64,000 nucleotides of DNA from Gracilinanus agilis (GCF_016433145.1 NC_058130.1:710237874-710301873); one strand, 5' to 3'. Shown: positions 50,071-60,985, numbered from the stretch's first letter. Program-made: numbers and translations. The notes: a model not told the origin generated them from the letters alone.

Positions 50071-50316
50071 GTGGAGCCAAACAATTTTGTTTTATTCTTG
50101 AAAACTCTTACCTTCTGTCTTAGAATTGATATCCGTTAGGGGCAAATGAACTGTAAAGGGCTAAGCAATCGGAGTTAAATGACTTGCCCAGGGTCACACA
50201 GCTAGGAAGTGTCCAAGGTTAGACTTGCCAGGACTCAGCTCTCTCTCCCCTCCTAGCCACCTTGGGTATCCCAAAGCAAACACTTTTGAAGGATTTAAGA
50301 ACCCTGGGCAAGACAA

Positions 50317-50400
50317 TGAGTCACCTGACTCATGAGGGGCGGGGTCACGCGCATGCTCCAATCCTGATTGGATCCGCGCGGCCCGCAGCCACAAGTCGAG
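50317..50400 (+). promoter_or_regulatory. Compact promoter-like module directly upstream of the V-ATPase d retrogene
   Basis: Motifs seen: TGAGTCA (50317-50323) and TGACTCA (50326-50332) forming a palindrome, GC box GGGGCGGGG (50336-50344), GTCACGCGCATGC, CCAAT and ATTGG. The patch is CpG-rich within otherwise CpG-poor DNA. Confidence 0.6.
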
Positions 50401-51456
50401 ATGTTTTCTTTCGCTGAGCTCCACTTCAACGCAGACAACGGCTACTTGGAGGGGCTGGTCCGGGGCTTAAAGACGGGCTTGCTAACCCACTTCGATTACA
50501 CAAACCTGGTGCAGTGCGAGTCGCTGGAGGATCTGAAACTCCACCTCCAGACTACAGCCTACGGGAACTTCCTGGCGAATGAGGTCTCCCCACTCTCTGT
50601 GTCCATCATTGACGACAGAATGAGGGAGAAGATGGTGTCAGAGTTCTTCTACCTGAGGAACCAGGCGTATGAACCGCTGAGCAAGTTCCTGGACTTCATC
50701 ACCTACAGCTACATGATCGACAACGTCATCCTGCTGTTAACGGGCACCCTCCACGAGCGCTCCATCTCCGAGCTCATGCCCAAGTGCCACCCTCTGGGCC
50801 ACTTTGATCAGATAGAGGCCGTGAACATCGCTCAGACACAAGAAGAACTGTACAACGCTATCTTGGTGGACTCTCCGCTCGCTATCTTCTTCCAGACCCA
50901 CTTTTCCAAGGAGGAGCTCCAGCAGCTGAACATCGAAATCCTCCGCAACACGATGTACAAATCCTACCTGGAGTCTTTCTATCAGTTCTGCACCCTGCTG
51001 GGGGGCACCACAGCAGAGGTCATGAATCCCATCTTGGAATTTGAGGCCGACCGCAGGGTCTTCATCATCACCATCAACTCGTTTGGCACCGAACTCTCCA
51101 AGCAGGCCCGGGCCAAACTCTTTCCGAATTGTGGGCTGCTCTACCCGCATGGTCAGGCCCTGCTGGCACAGGCGACTGAGTTCAAGGAGGTCAAAGCTGT
51201 GGCCGACTTCTACCCACAATATAAAGAGCTTTTTGAAGCGGTTGGCTCCAATGCTGGAGGTAAGACCTTGGAGGACCGATTCTTTGAGCACGAGGTGAAC
51301 CTGAACAAGCTGGCCTTTCTCAGACAGTTCCACTTTGGCATCTTCTACGCTTTCGTGAAGCTTAAGGAGCAGGAGTGCCGGAATGTTGTGTGGATTGCTG
51401 AGTGCATCGCCCAGAACCACCGCAACAAGATCAGAAATTACATTGACATCTTCTAG
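50401..51456 (+). CDS. ATP6V0D1-like: Intact intronless V-type proton ATPase subunit d1-like retrogene (351 aa)
   Basis: The protein runs [24 protein letters not shown]...[17 protein letters not shown]...PKCHPLG...ILEFEADRR...[12 protein letters not shown]...[32 protein letters not shown]. It has the same length as d1, no introns, and no stops or frameshifts. The ORF-track TTG at 50368 is not the likely start; the ATG at 50401 aligns with d1 Met1. Confidence 0.93.
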   Translation: MFSFAELHFNADNGYLEGLVRGLKTGLLTHFDYTNLVQCESLEDLKLHLQTTAYGNFLANEVSPLSVSIIDDRMREKMVSEFFYLRNQAYEPLSKFLDFITYSYMIDNVILLLTGTLHERSISELMPKCHPLGHFDQIEAVNIAQTQEELYNAILVDSPLAIFFQTHFSKEELQQLNIEILRNTMYKSYLESFYQFCTLLGGTTAEVMNPILEFEADRRVFIITINSFGTELSKQARAKLFPNCGLLYPHGQALLAQATEFKEVKAVADFYPQYKELFEAVGSNAGGKTLEDRFFEHEVNLNKLAFLRQFHFGIFYAFVKLKEQECRNVVWIAECIAQNHRNKIRNYIDIF

Positions 51457-52184
51457 CCTCCTCTTCCGATTCCTGGATTCCATGGGGCTCTGTGGGTATG
51501 GGTCCTCACATGTCCATGGTACTGGGCATGCATTCTACTGTTCTGGCCTATTCCATATATACCTAATGTTGAAGTAGAGTTCCCTCTTCCTTCCCCCAAA
51601 TGGACTTGGTCCTCTGTAGCTATCTAGAGTGGTGGGGGACTAAAATCCTAGCATCAGCGCTGAACCCCTACCCCCACCAATAGCCTCTGTAACATCTGTG
51701 TTGTTAAAACTCTTGCTCTAGGAGATAAATACAGGGGTCCCCCTGTCTCAACATTTACAGCTGTTTAAGGCATCTTGGTCACACTTTGATACTCCTTTAG
51801 GGAAAGCCAGTTTGATTGCCCCATATGTTACCTGGCTCTTCTTGCCAGTCTCCTCCTCCTAGCTGCTGCCCCAACACTCTATCCCCAGTGGAAGAAGGAT
51901 ATCTATGTTTTAGGGGCAGGAGAGTAACCCAGATAATCATCCCTCTTCCTGACATATACACATACACATATATAAGTACACACGTACACAACAGACTGCA
52001 CTGCTTCTCCCCAAACCAGCACAAGCCAGGACTCTGGCTCTGGCAACTAAGGAGCTTTGCCTCTCCCTACCATCCTCAGGCAGGAGATTTTGGGATAGAA
52101 GTCAGGGGACTGTGCAGATTCTCCTCCAAATCCTGAGATATCTTTCTTCTTTCAAACACTTTGAGTTTTTTTGTTTCTCTTAAC

Positions 52185-52222
52185 AATAAAGTTGCCTATT
52201 CTGTGAATAAATAAATAAATAA
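52185..52222 (+). terminator. Poly(A) signal and possible decayed poly(A) tail of the d1-like retrocopy
   Basis: AATAAA at 52185-52190 is followed about 16 nt later by (AATA)n, ~730 nt after the stop codon. Confidence 0.5.
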
Positions 52223-52999
52223 ATGGCATAGTTTTTAAAAAAAGGACTTGAGAACTGATCAATATAATGACCAACCATGATTCCAGAAGACTCGTGATGA
52301 AACATGCTCCCCACCTCCTGATAAGAGAAGTGAAACAATGTGGATTGACATATTTTTCTCTACAGGACCAATGTAGGTTTTTGTTTGTTTGACTATCCAT
52401 GTTTGGAACAGAGATTTTGTTCTTTCTTTTTCACTTGGAAGGAGGGAGGAAGTAAGAGAGAAGACAGATTTTTGTTGATTGAAAAAAAATTTATTTTTAA
52501 AATGTAAAAAGAGGATATGTTTGTTAATTAGACAAAATGGATGGCTGAAAGGAGAGAGACTGCCCTGCTCCTACATACCTGTGACAAAACCTTGAAATTT
52601 GCACCAGATGAGTAAGGATCAAGAAACCTAATGAGAAACTCCAGAGATTTTTTCTCAGAGTTGTAGAAGAGGTCAGTTAGAAACCCAAGAGAGAAAGAGG
52701 GCTACCAGTAAAGCCAGTGCAAGTGTTCAGTAGCTTCCTAGTGTGACCAGAAGCAGGCCAGAGAAATGTTTAGTTTGCAGGGTTCTGGGTCTGCAGGCAG
52801 CAGGAGCAGAAGGATTCCTCAAGAAAGCTCATGGGAGTCAGAAGGCCCCTAAGTAGGAACCTTGGAAGCCCTAGAGAGAAAGGCAGCAAGAAACATGGGG
52901 CTGCAGTACTCAGATAGGGACATCCCAGGGCCTCTGAGGTGTCTTAATGTTCTGGCCTGAGATGCCACAGAGGATCCTAAAAATCCATCACTCTGAACT

Positions 53000-55900
53000 T
53001 CAGAGATTCAGGAGAGCCTAATCCTGGGAGGTAGAGTGAAGGCAGGAACCCAGAGGAACCAGACTGAAATCAAACATGGCTTACCTCATCATCAAGAAGC
53101 ACAGAAGAATGGGAGTCATGTCTTGCCTCAATGCCCCATTTCAAGAGTTAAAGCTGAGAAAACAAAACACAGGCCAGTAAAACAATAACAAAATCATAGC
53201 TCTAGAGATATCCCAAAAGACTCCTGTAAAGGAGATGCTCAAATGGAGAAAAAAATTTCCATACAAATTCCACAAATAAGGCACAACACTGTAGTACTTC
53301 CCTATGTGACCCTGGGCAAGTCAACCTCAATTGCCTAGTCCTTGCTGATCTTTTGTCTTAGAATTGATTCAAAGAAGGTAAACATTTAAAAAAAGAATTC
53401 CATGAATGAATAGAAGAAATGAAGTAAACTCTGGAGGGAAAGAAATGGAAGGATAAAGTTTTGAAGAGAAAATGTTAAATCTTAAGTAACGGATTCTAAA
53501 AACTTGCTCTTGCTGTCGTTCAGTTATGTCTGACTCTTCAGTGACCCTGTTTGGGCTTTTTTGGGCAAATATACTGAACAGATTTGCCAAGTCCTTCTCT
53601 AGCTCATTTTACAGATGAGGAAACTAAGGCAAACAGAGTTAAGTGACTTCCTCGTGGTCACACAGCTAGTAAGTGCCTGGGACTGGATTTGAACTCAGGA
53701 AGATGAGTCTTCCTGGTTTCAGGCCCAGGACTGGATCCACTGTGCCGCCTTATTAAAATTAGAATATTAGAATTTGAGAGAGCAAGAAATATTGAAAAAA
53801 ATATCTGTCCTGGGAATTAGGACAAAGAGAAACAATTTAAGAATCATTGTATCTCCTGAAAAATATGGTCCCCAAAACATTATAGACACTGTATTTTAAT
53901 AAACCATAAGTAAAAACATAGATCTATTAGAATAAGAAGACAAAATGAATGGAATCTATCCAACACCTCCTGAAAAGACCCCCCCCAAAAAAAGTCCCAG
54001 GAAAGTCATAGCCAAGATCCAGAGCTCCCACATTAAAAAAATACTGTAAACCTTCAGAAAGAAACAGTTTAGGTATCAAGTAACTGCAAAAAACTTCTAC
54101 TCTAAACAAGGGGGGATATTAGAATACCATATTCTAAAAGGCAATAGATATAGGCTTACAACTGAGAGTGATTTACTACGCAAAGCTAAGTATAATCCTG
54201 CAAAGGGGGGAAAAATCACCTTTTGAAGACTTCCAAGAATTTATGATGAAAAGACCAAAACTGTGTTGTAATTTTGAATTGCAACCATAAGAATCAAGAG
54301 GAACATAGAAAGGTAAAATTGATTTGAGCAGTTGGAGGGAACTCTGAGATGATGTATAGTTAACATTTTTAAAAAATGTTAATATTCTAATGAAGAAGAA
54401 ACCTAGAAGCATAATAACTTTGAAGAATATTGAGTGAATTCAATAAGAAAGAGAACCTGGTGGTGGATTGGTTCAGTTCTGATAATTTTAAAAGGAGAAA
54501 GAGTCAAAGGAATATACTAATATAGAAAGGAAGAAGAGGGTGGAACTTGCTATTTCTCCTTCTTAGGGGTGTGTGAAAAGAAGAGTATACAACCATAGAA
54601 GAAGGGGTATAGGCAGATGAATCTCACTCTTATCTGAAATGAGAGTTAAACACATACGGTTTCATAGAAATCCATTAAATTCAACAGGGAAACAAGTGTA
54701 GGGATGGGAAGTTTGTGGCATGATGAATAAGGACAATAATGAGGAGGGAATTTGTTGCAAACAAAATAAGATTCCTGATTCTGAGGGGAGGAAATTAAAA
54801 AGGAGAAAGTAAAAGTAAAACAACAACCTAGAGGCCTAGGGGTGTGGGCACCTTGACTCTTAAACAATCCAGAATGATTGAACAAATTGTTCAGTTATGT
54901 GAATTATGAATATAATTGATTATTATTGTATTTTAAGGAATGGCAAAGGATGATTTATGAAAGCCCTGGGTGACACAAATTAATGAAGCATGAAATGAGA
55001 AGTGTCAGAAGAAAAATTTATACAAAGATAGTAACATTGTAAAGAAAAACCACTTTTTAAGACTTTAGAACTCTGATCAATGTAATGACCAAATATGCCT
55101 CTAGAGGACCAGCAATGAAGCTAGTTATCTATTTTCAGATAGAAAGATGATGGGTAATAAGATATAGAGGTATACATTTTTAAATATTAACTTTGGGTGG
55201 ATTTCCTTTTTTTCCTATGCTTGTCACCAGGACTTTTTTCTTTCTTTGTCTTTAATTTGAATGGAGGGTAGAAGGAGTTAGCAATAATGATGACAAAAAA
55301 AGAGAGTTGGCATATTTTTAAATGCACAGAAGAGAACAAGAAAGTGGAAAGAAGCATAATGGCAGTTTTGAGAATAGCAAGTAGAATTTATTATATACTT
55401 AAAAAAAGAGAAAACATGGCATGCATTCTCCAACATATAATGGTCAAAGAATATGAAGTTTTCAGAAGAAATCAAAGCTATCAGTCTCAAAAAATGCCAA
55501 AAATCACTATTGATTAGAGAAAAGCAAAAACAACTCTAAAACATCACATCACATCTATCAAATTAGCTAACATGATAGAAAAGGCAAGTGACAAGTTGGA
55601 GGAGGTATGGAAAAATAGGGACACTAAGGTATTATTGGTAGAGTTGTGAACTGGCCCAACCGTTACAGGGAACAATTTGGAACTATGCCCAAAGGGCTAC
55701 AAAACTATCCATACACTTTGACCTCACAATACCACTACTAGGTCTGTATCCCAAAGAGATCAAAGAAAAGGGGAAAGGCTTTATATGTACAAAAAATATA
55801 TATAGCAGCTATTCTTTGTGATATAAAAGAATTGGAAATTAAGGAGATGTCCATCAATTAGGGAATATCTGAACAACTGTGGTATAAAATTGTAATGGAA

Positions 55901-56640
55901 TTCTTTTATGCTGTAAGAAATAATGAGCAAGATGCTTTCAGAAATACCCGGAAAGGCTTACGTGAACTAATGCAAAATGAAATTAACAGAGCCAGGAGGA
56001 TATTGTACCCAGCAACAGCAATACTGCATGATGATCAACTGTGAGTGACATAGCTATTCTCAGCAATACAGTGATTGATGGCAATTCCAAAAGTCTTATG
56101 ATAGAAAATATTATCCACTCCCAGGGAAAGAACTAATGAAGTCTGAATGCAGATTAAAACATACTTTAAAAAAAACACCTTTCTGCATGGGTTGGGGTGG
56201 GCATGATTGGGGATGTGGACTCAAAACTACCACACCAATCCAACTATCAACAATTTGGAAATAGGTCTTGATTGATGACACATGTTACAACCAGTGGAAA
56301 TGCGCATCGGCCATGGGTGGGGGGAGAGTGGGGGTGAAGGGGAAAGTAGGGGCATAAAGCATATAAACATGTTAAAAATGAATATTAAAAAATGTTTAAA
56401 AAAACACCTTTCTTTTTCTTGTTGGGTTTTTTTTTGGTCTGTGATAACATGATAAATATGGAAATGTATTGCATGACTGCACATATACAACATACCAAAT
56501 TGTTGTTTTCTCAATGAGTGATGAGGGGAGTAAGAGAATTTCTAACTTGAAATTTTAAAAAATGAAAGTTATACATTGTTTTTAGATGTAATTGGAAAAA
56601 ACTAAAATGTAATTGAGAAATATTTAATGAAGTAAAACAT
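53000..56640 (+). mobile_element. Degraded older L1 (ORF1 remnants, ORF2 end, 3' UTR) interrupted by SINEs
   Basis: A-rich sense strand, ORF1 C-terminal remnants (~53780-54350), L1 3'-region motifs (~55520-56160). Confidence 0.7.
56185..56399 (+). mobile_element. 5'-truncated young L1 3' end inserted in an older L1
   Basis: TSD AAAAACACCTTTCT at 56171-56184 and 56400-56413, at a TT/AAAA site. The tail is homologous to the 3' end of the L1 at 36448. Confidence 0.8.
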
Positions 56641-57187
56641 AAAAATAAAAAATACATATGTGGCATGAAATGGAGATTCAGTTTCCTATAGGATCCTATT
56701 TTATATTCTACTAAGTACTTGGATATATCTCCTTTTTCATATTTAAGTTTAGAATTTTATAATCTTAAATGAAAAAATAAAAAAGTATGTGATTCTTTAG
56801 GTAAACCTGAGACTGCTCAAAACTCTAGTTGTCTCTTCTGCTTTGCGTTTCCTTCCCTGAGCACAAATGACTAAACAGTGATCCTGAGATGACATGTCAA
56901 ACTTTGGCATCTCTATAGGACCCTTAAGATGTCTAAAGTCATTGAGGTGAATGGCAGCAGGACATAATTTCTAATCTCCTTGAAGGATCAGATGACCACC
57001 TGGTCAGTCCTGATGAGCCTGCCCTGACACCAGAAGATAGGACCTTGAACGTGCTGTTTGGACAGTATAAAGTCTAGGGTAAAGCAGTCCAACAATGTTT
57101 TAAGCATCAACCTGCATGGAGCAGAAGAGTTATGAATTACTTAAGTATTCGTCAATACGTGCTTATAAGTCTTTTAGATTTTAAATA

Positions 57188-57618
57188 CAGTGATCCCTCA
57201 TCTATTGTGGAAGTTACATTCCCCTGTGATAGGTGAAAATTCGTGAAGTGGGGGCATTATATTTATTTTATTCTTTATATATATTTTAAGGCTTTATAAA
57301 CCCTTCCCGTTCTCCTATAAACCTTTTCCACACTTATTTTCCACTGAGCCAATCAGCGCCCAGGATACAGAACACAGTGCTGTGGTTGGTCACTTTTCAT
57401 TCCATCAGCCAATAGCATGCCGTGTACAATTTCATGTTGGCAAACTTGGTGCAAGTGGTAGTGGCCGACTGCATTTCCATTGTGTACAGTATGATTTTCA
57501 TCCACAAAATCGTGATAAAGGGAAAACTCCATGATACAGAATTAGATATATATTTTTTAAAAACACGTGATACAGTGAAGCCACAATAAGTGAACCAAGA
57601 TATAGTGAGGGACAACTG
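57188..57618. mobile_element. TcMar/Tigger-like MITE
   Basis: TA|CAGTGATCCCTCA ... TGAGGGACAACTG|TA: imperfect TIRs with a TA TSD. Confidence 0.75.
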
Positions 57619-58393
57619 TATTTCTTTTGTAGTGGAGGAAGGATACTGTATTAAATGCCTTATTAGATGAGATACTGTCACTCTCTTTTGGGAAAACCCT
57701 AGACATGAGACAAACCTAAGATATGTTTTAAAAATTTCCCTAAAGTTCTATTCTGGGGTGGGAGTATAATAAATGAGAGACAATATAAAAAAAATCTGAC
57801 CCTTCTTTTAGAAGCCAGACTACCCCAGGACTTGGTTCCAAATGGGGCCAGAACCAGGAACTATTAGTGTCAGAGAAAGACTGAAATCTTTGGATAATAG
57901 TGTGTGATCGAAGGTGAAGTGAGGGTTTAGGAAAGGAATGGTGTAGGGAATAATCTAAATCAAAACATGGAGGTGCTATGGCACCAATCAGGTCTTTAAA
58001 ATTGTAGTCCAACTCCCACCTTTTACAAATTGGAAAACGGACCCAGAGAATGTAAGTGACTTTCCCAATGTCACATAGGTAACAATAACCAGAGTTTGGA
58101 TTCTAACCTAGGTCCTCTGTCTCCAAATCAAGTATTTTCCCCAGTTTTAGCAGGGAGAAAGCCCACATTGAAAGATATATATATATATATGTATATATAT
58201 ATATCTAATATCTAATAATGTATAATCTAATATATCTAAAGGCTAATATATAAATCTGAAGACTGGGAAAGTGGAGGGGGAGGGAGTCCCAGGCCCCATT
58301 CCTATCCCCCAGGCTACAACTTGGGACTCCCCAGACTCTGGGAAGATTTCTAGACTATTATGTCTTCTAACCTTTCCCCCCTGCCCTCCCCCA

Positions 58394-58394
<1 letters not shown>

Positions 58395-58439
<45 letters not shown>
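58395..58439. repeat. (CA)n microsatellite
   Basis: About 22 CA units, just beyond the RTBDN poly(A) signal. Confidence 0.99.
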
Positions 58440-58441
<2 letters not shown>

Positions 58442-58481
58442 CACAAGAAGCAACTGAGTCTTGGGCTCTGTAGCTGTGCAT

Positions 58482-58487
58482 TTTATT
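58482..58487 (-). terminator. RTBDN: RTBDN poly(A) signal
   Basis: AATAAA on the minus strand, about 235 nt after the stop codon. Confidence 0.65.
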
Positions 58488-58721
58488 CAAGGAGTCACTG
58501 TTGTACCCTATTCCCCCGAGCTGATCAGGCCAGGATCTGAGGACAAAATCTGGGGGCACAGCATGGGGAAGCCAGTGGGAGGTAGCTGGAGTTGAGGGAA
58601 GGAAGGCTGCTGAGAGGTAGTTTCTCATTGACTCCACTGAGGTCCTGAATGTCAAGGTTCCCAGCTCTCATCTAAATCCTCCTTCCTTTCCAGCTCCCTG
58701 CACCTGAACAGGGTGCACCCT

Positions 58722-58988
58722 CTAGGGGCCGCTACCGCTACCGCTGCCCCCGCTGCCACTGCCAAACCCCACTGGAGGGAGGAGCAGTGAGCGGCGTCTG
58801 AGCCGGTTGTTCCGGGGCCCTCGAGGTCGGGGCAGTCGCCCGGCTGGGCAGGCGGTGCTGAATGGGGTCTCTGGGCCAGGTGGCTTCGAGTCAGAGATGG
58901 AGAGCTGAAGGCAGGGACAGGGAGCAGGTGCAGCAACCAGGTAGTCTCCCAGAGCAGAATTGCACAGGTCTCGGGCATCCAGGAAGGT
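58722..58988 (-). CDS. RTBDN: Retbindin, last coding exon (267 nt)
   Basis: ctgcag|ACC TTC... encodes TFLDARDLCNSALGDYLVAAPAPCPCLQLSIS...RLRRRSLLLPPVGFGSGSGGSGSGSGP*. It shares the human-like LC.SALG motif and terminal GSGSGP. Confidence 0.92.
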   Translation of the reverse strand, partial: TFLDARDLCNSALGDYLVAAPAPCPCLQLSISDSKPPGPETPFSTACPAGRLPRPRGPRNNRLRRRSLLLPPVGFGSGSGGSGSGSGP

Positions 58989-59349
58989 CTGCAGGACCAG
59001 ATCAGGATCAATAGCATTTGAGGGTCAGGGTTAGATCTCTATTTAGTTGGGGAAGGAGGTAAGAGGTGAGACTAAGGGTAGAGGAGAGGAGCTAAGCAAT
59101 CAATGAAGTGGGGAACCAGGATAACAAGAGAATAGAGCCCTGCTCATAGGATGAGGGCCAGATATGAACCAGGTGGCAAGGGAGGCGGTGAGGTTCATGT
59201 TTAGTGTCTTTCTGAGAACCTGTAGGCTCAAGGAGAGAGGGGGAGGTCAGATAGGGGCTGGGCCAAGACCATGGGAAAGTAAAGTATAGAGGACCATGAC
59301 CCTGTAGGACCTGGGGCCACTTGGACTTGGACTTTTGGTGGGTCCTCAC

Positions 59350-59446
59350 CTGGTCAAAGGTGAGACAGCCACCCTCACAACTCCCTCCTTCTGGTTGGAA
59401 GAGCCAATTCCGGCCACAGGTCAGGTCATCTCTGCAGGCTGAAAAC
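59350..59446 (-). CDS. RTBDN: Retbindin, coding exon 4 (97 nt)
   Basis: Encodes FSACRDDLTCGRNWLFQPEGGSCEGGCLTFDQ; donor |gtgagg. Folate receptor / riboflavin-binding protein Cys pattern. Confidence 0.93.
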
Positions 59447-60275
59447 CTGAGCAGGGAGAGAGACAACTAGGGAATCAGGGTCTCAGAAATGGAAGTTTTG
59501 CTAGTGTAGTCCTACCCTTTCTTTCAACACTCCAGACTCAGGGGACAGGGGTCTGAACTGACAAAACTAACCAGCCATAATTGGAGCTCAGGTGTCCTGA
59601 TCCCAATCCCAGACTCTTGTCCCTTCTCATGACTGGATTACTAAACAAATGACTTCTCAGAAACCAAGTTTCTGTCTTCAGTGGATGCTGCCTAAGCAGT
59701 TTTATTTGCTTTCCTAAAGTTAGGCTTTGGCCATATCCTTTCCCCACTTCAGTCGAAAATACTCTGTGGCCACAAACTCCAATCCAAATATTCAAAATCC
59801 TCTGACTTGTGGCCCATTCTCCAACCCTGTTTCTCACAGCCTCCCTATTCCAATCTCCCTAGGCTACCCATAGCCAGGCAAGTCTCTATACCACCTCCCC
59901 TCTCCTCACCTACCCCCTGTCCCACCCCCCACATGAAGGTGCCCCAGGTCTTCCTGCCTCTGGAACTTAATCACCATGGCCCCACCTGGAATGACCCACT
60001 GGGGTCTCAGCTTCTTCCACCTTCTACCACAGCTAGATTAATAGCATCATTTGGTCAAGGATGACCAGGACAGAACTCTACAGCAGGCTCCTTTGCACCT
60101 TAATTGAAATTTCTGCCTTCCTTGTGGACCCCCCCCCCCCCCAGTACTGTCTCATTCCTGCCTCCCTCCAGTCAGGTCCCTCCCCTCAAACTGCCTCAGA
60201 CTCCTAACTATATTTCTACCCTAAGGCAAGCTCTCAGAAGGGCCCATTCATGCCCTTGAGTTTATCCACTCTTAC

Positions 60276-60404
60276 CACTGGTCACAGAAAGCAGCACAAA
60301 CTGGCAGGGCCTGGACACTTCCATGTTTCTCAGGATGGGCCCAGTTGCCTGCCAGTGATGAGCAGTAGAGGAAACGGGAGAGGCTTTGTAGAAAGGTTTC
60401 ACAC
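60276..60404 (-). CDS. RTBDN: Retbindin, coding exon 3 (129 nt)
   Basis: ctccag|G TGT GAA... encodes CETFLQSLSRFLYCSSLAGNWAHPEKHGSVQALPVCAAFCDQW; donor |gtaag. Confidence 0.9.
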
Positions 60405-60706
60405 CTGGAGGAGCCCAGGAGAGATTACAGATTAGAGAATGCAGAGCCTCAGACAACTGACTCTGAAGACACATAACCAGCAGAGTAGCCTAGGGCAGCA
60501 GGGACTGTAGAGTGTTCGGAGGGGGAAGTAATTGAAGCCCAGATTTTTTTTCTAGGTTAGACTTAAAGTGATGTGGGGCATCACTATGGCTGTGTCCTTG
60601 AGTGTCTTCAAATACATGTAAAAAGCATGCAAATCCTCTAGTGCATCAATTATCCATCTATTCCAGGATGGTCCAGCAGTGGAAGGGATGGAAGGACTAC
60701 ACTCAC

Positions 60707-60767
60707 CTGGGGCTCAGGCCCCCACAGCGGTCCCAAATGAGGCAGATGCCTGCCATTATGGGGGAGC
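60707..60767 (-). CDS. RTBDN: Retbindin, coding exon 2 (61 nt)
   Basis: ttttctcttccaccccag|GC TCC CCC... encodes GSPIMAGICLIWDRCGGLSPR; donor |gtgagt. Phases match both neighbours. Confidence 0.8.
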
Positions 60768-60949
60768 CTGGGGTGGAAGAGAAAAGGTAAGTTTTGCTGG
60801 AAGAGGGACTGTCACATGGGATGGAGGACATCAGCTAGGACTGCCCTCCCCTGAAGTTCTTTGGTCCTGGAATGTGAGAGGGACTCTTGTTGCTCTTGGG
60901 GCCTCCATGGGAAGCAAGATTATGGTGACTTGAGTCAGCCTTAGGGTAA

Positions 60950-60952
<3 letters not shown>

Positions 60953-60985
<33 letters not shown>
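60953..60985. repeat. (GT)n microsatellite in an RTBDN intron
   Basis: About 16 GT units. Confidence 0.99.

Noticed and set aside
50368-50400. 11-codon N-terminal extension from the TTG at 50368
   Set aside because: It overlaps the promoter motifs. The ATG at 50401 has G at -3 and aligns with d1 Met1.
50737-51483. 248-aa antisense ORF over the d1-like gene
   Set aside because: Shadow ORF of a GC3-rich coding region, with no recognisable motif.
60485-60510. Minus-strand CCC TGC TGC CCT (PCCP) resembling human RTBDN GPCCP
   Set aside because: It lies downstream of the WDRCG exon (wrong order), its acceptor phase is incompatible, and the frame hits a stop; treated as coincidence.
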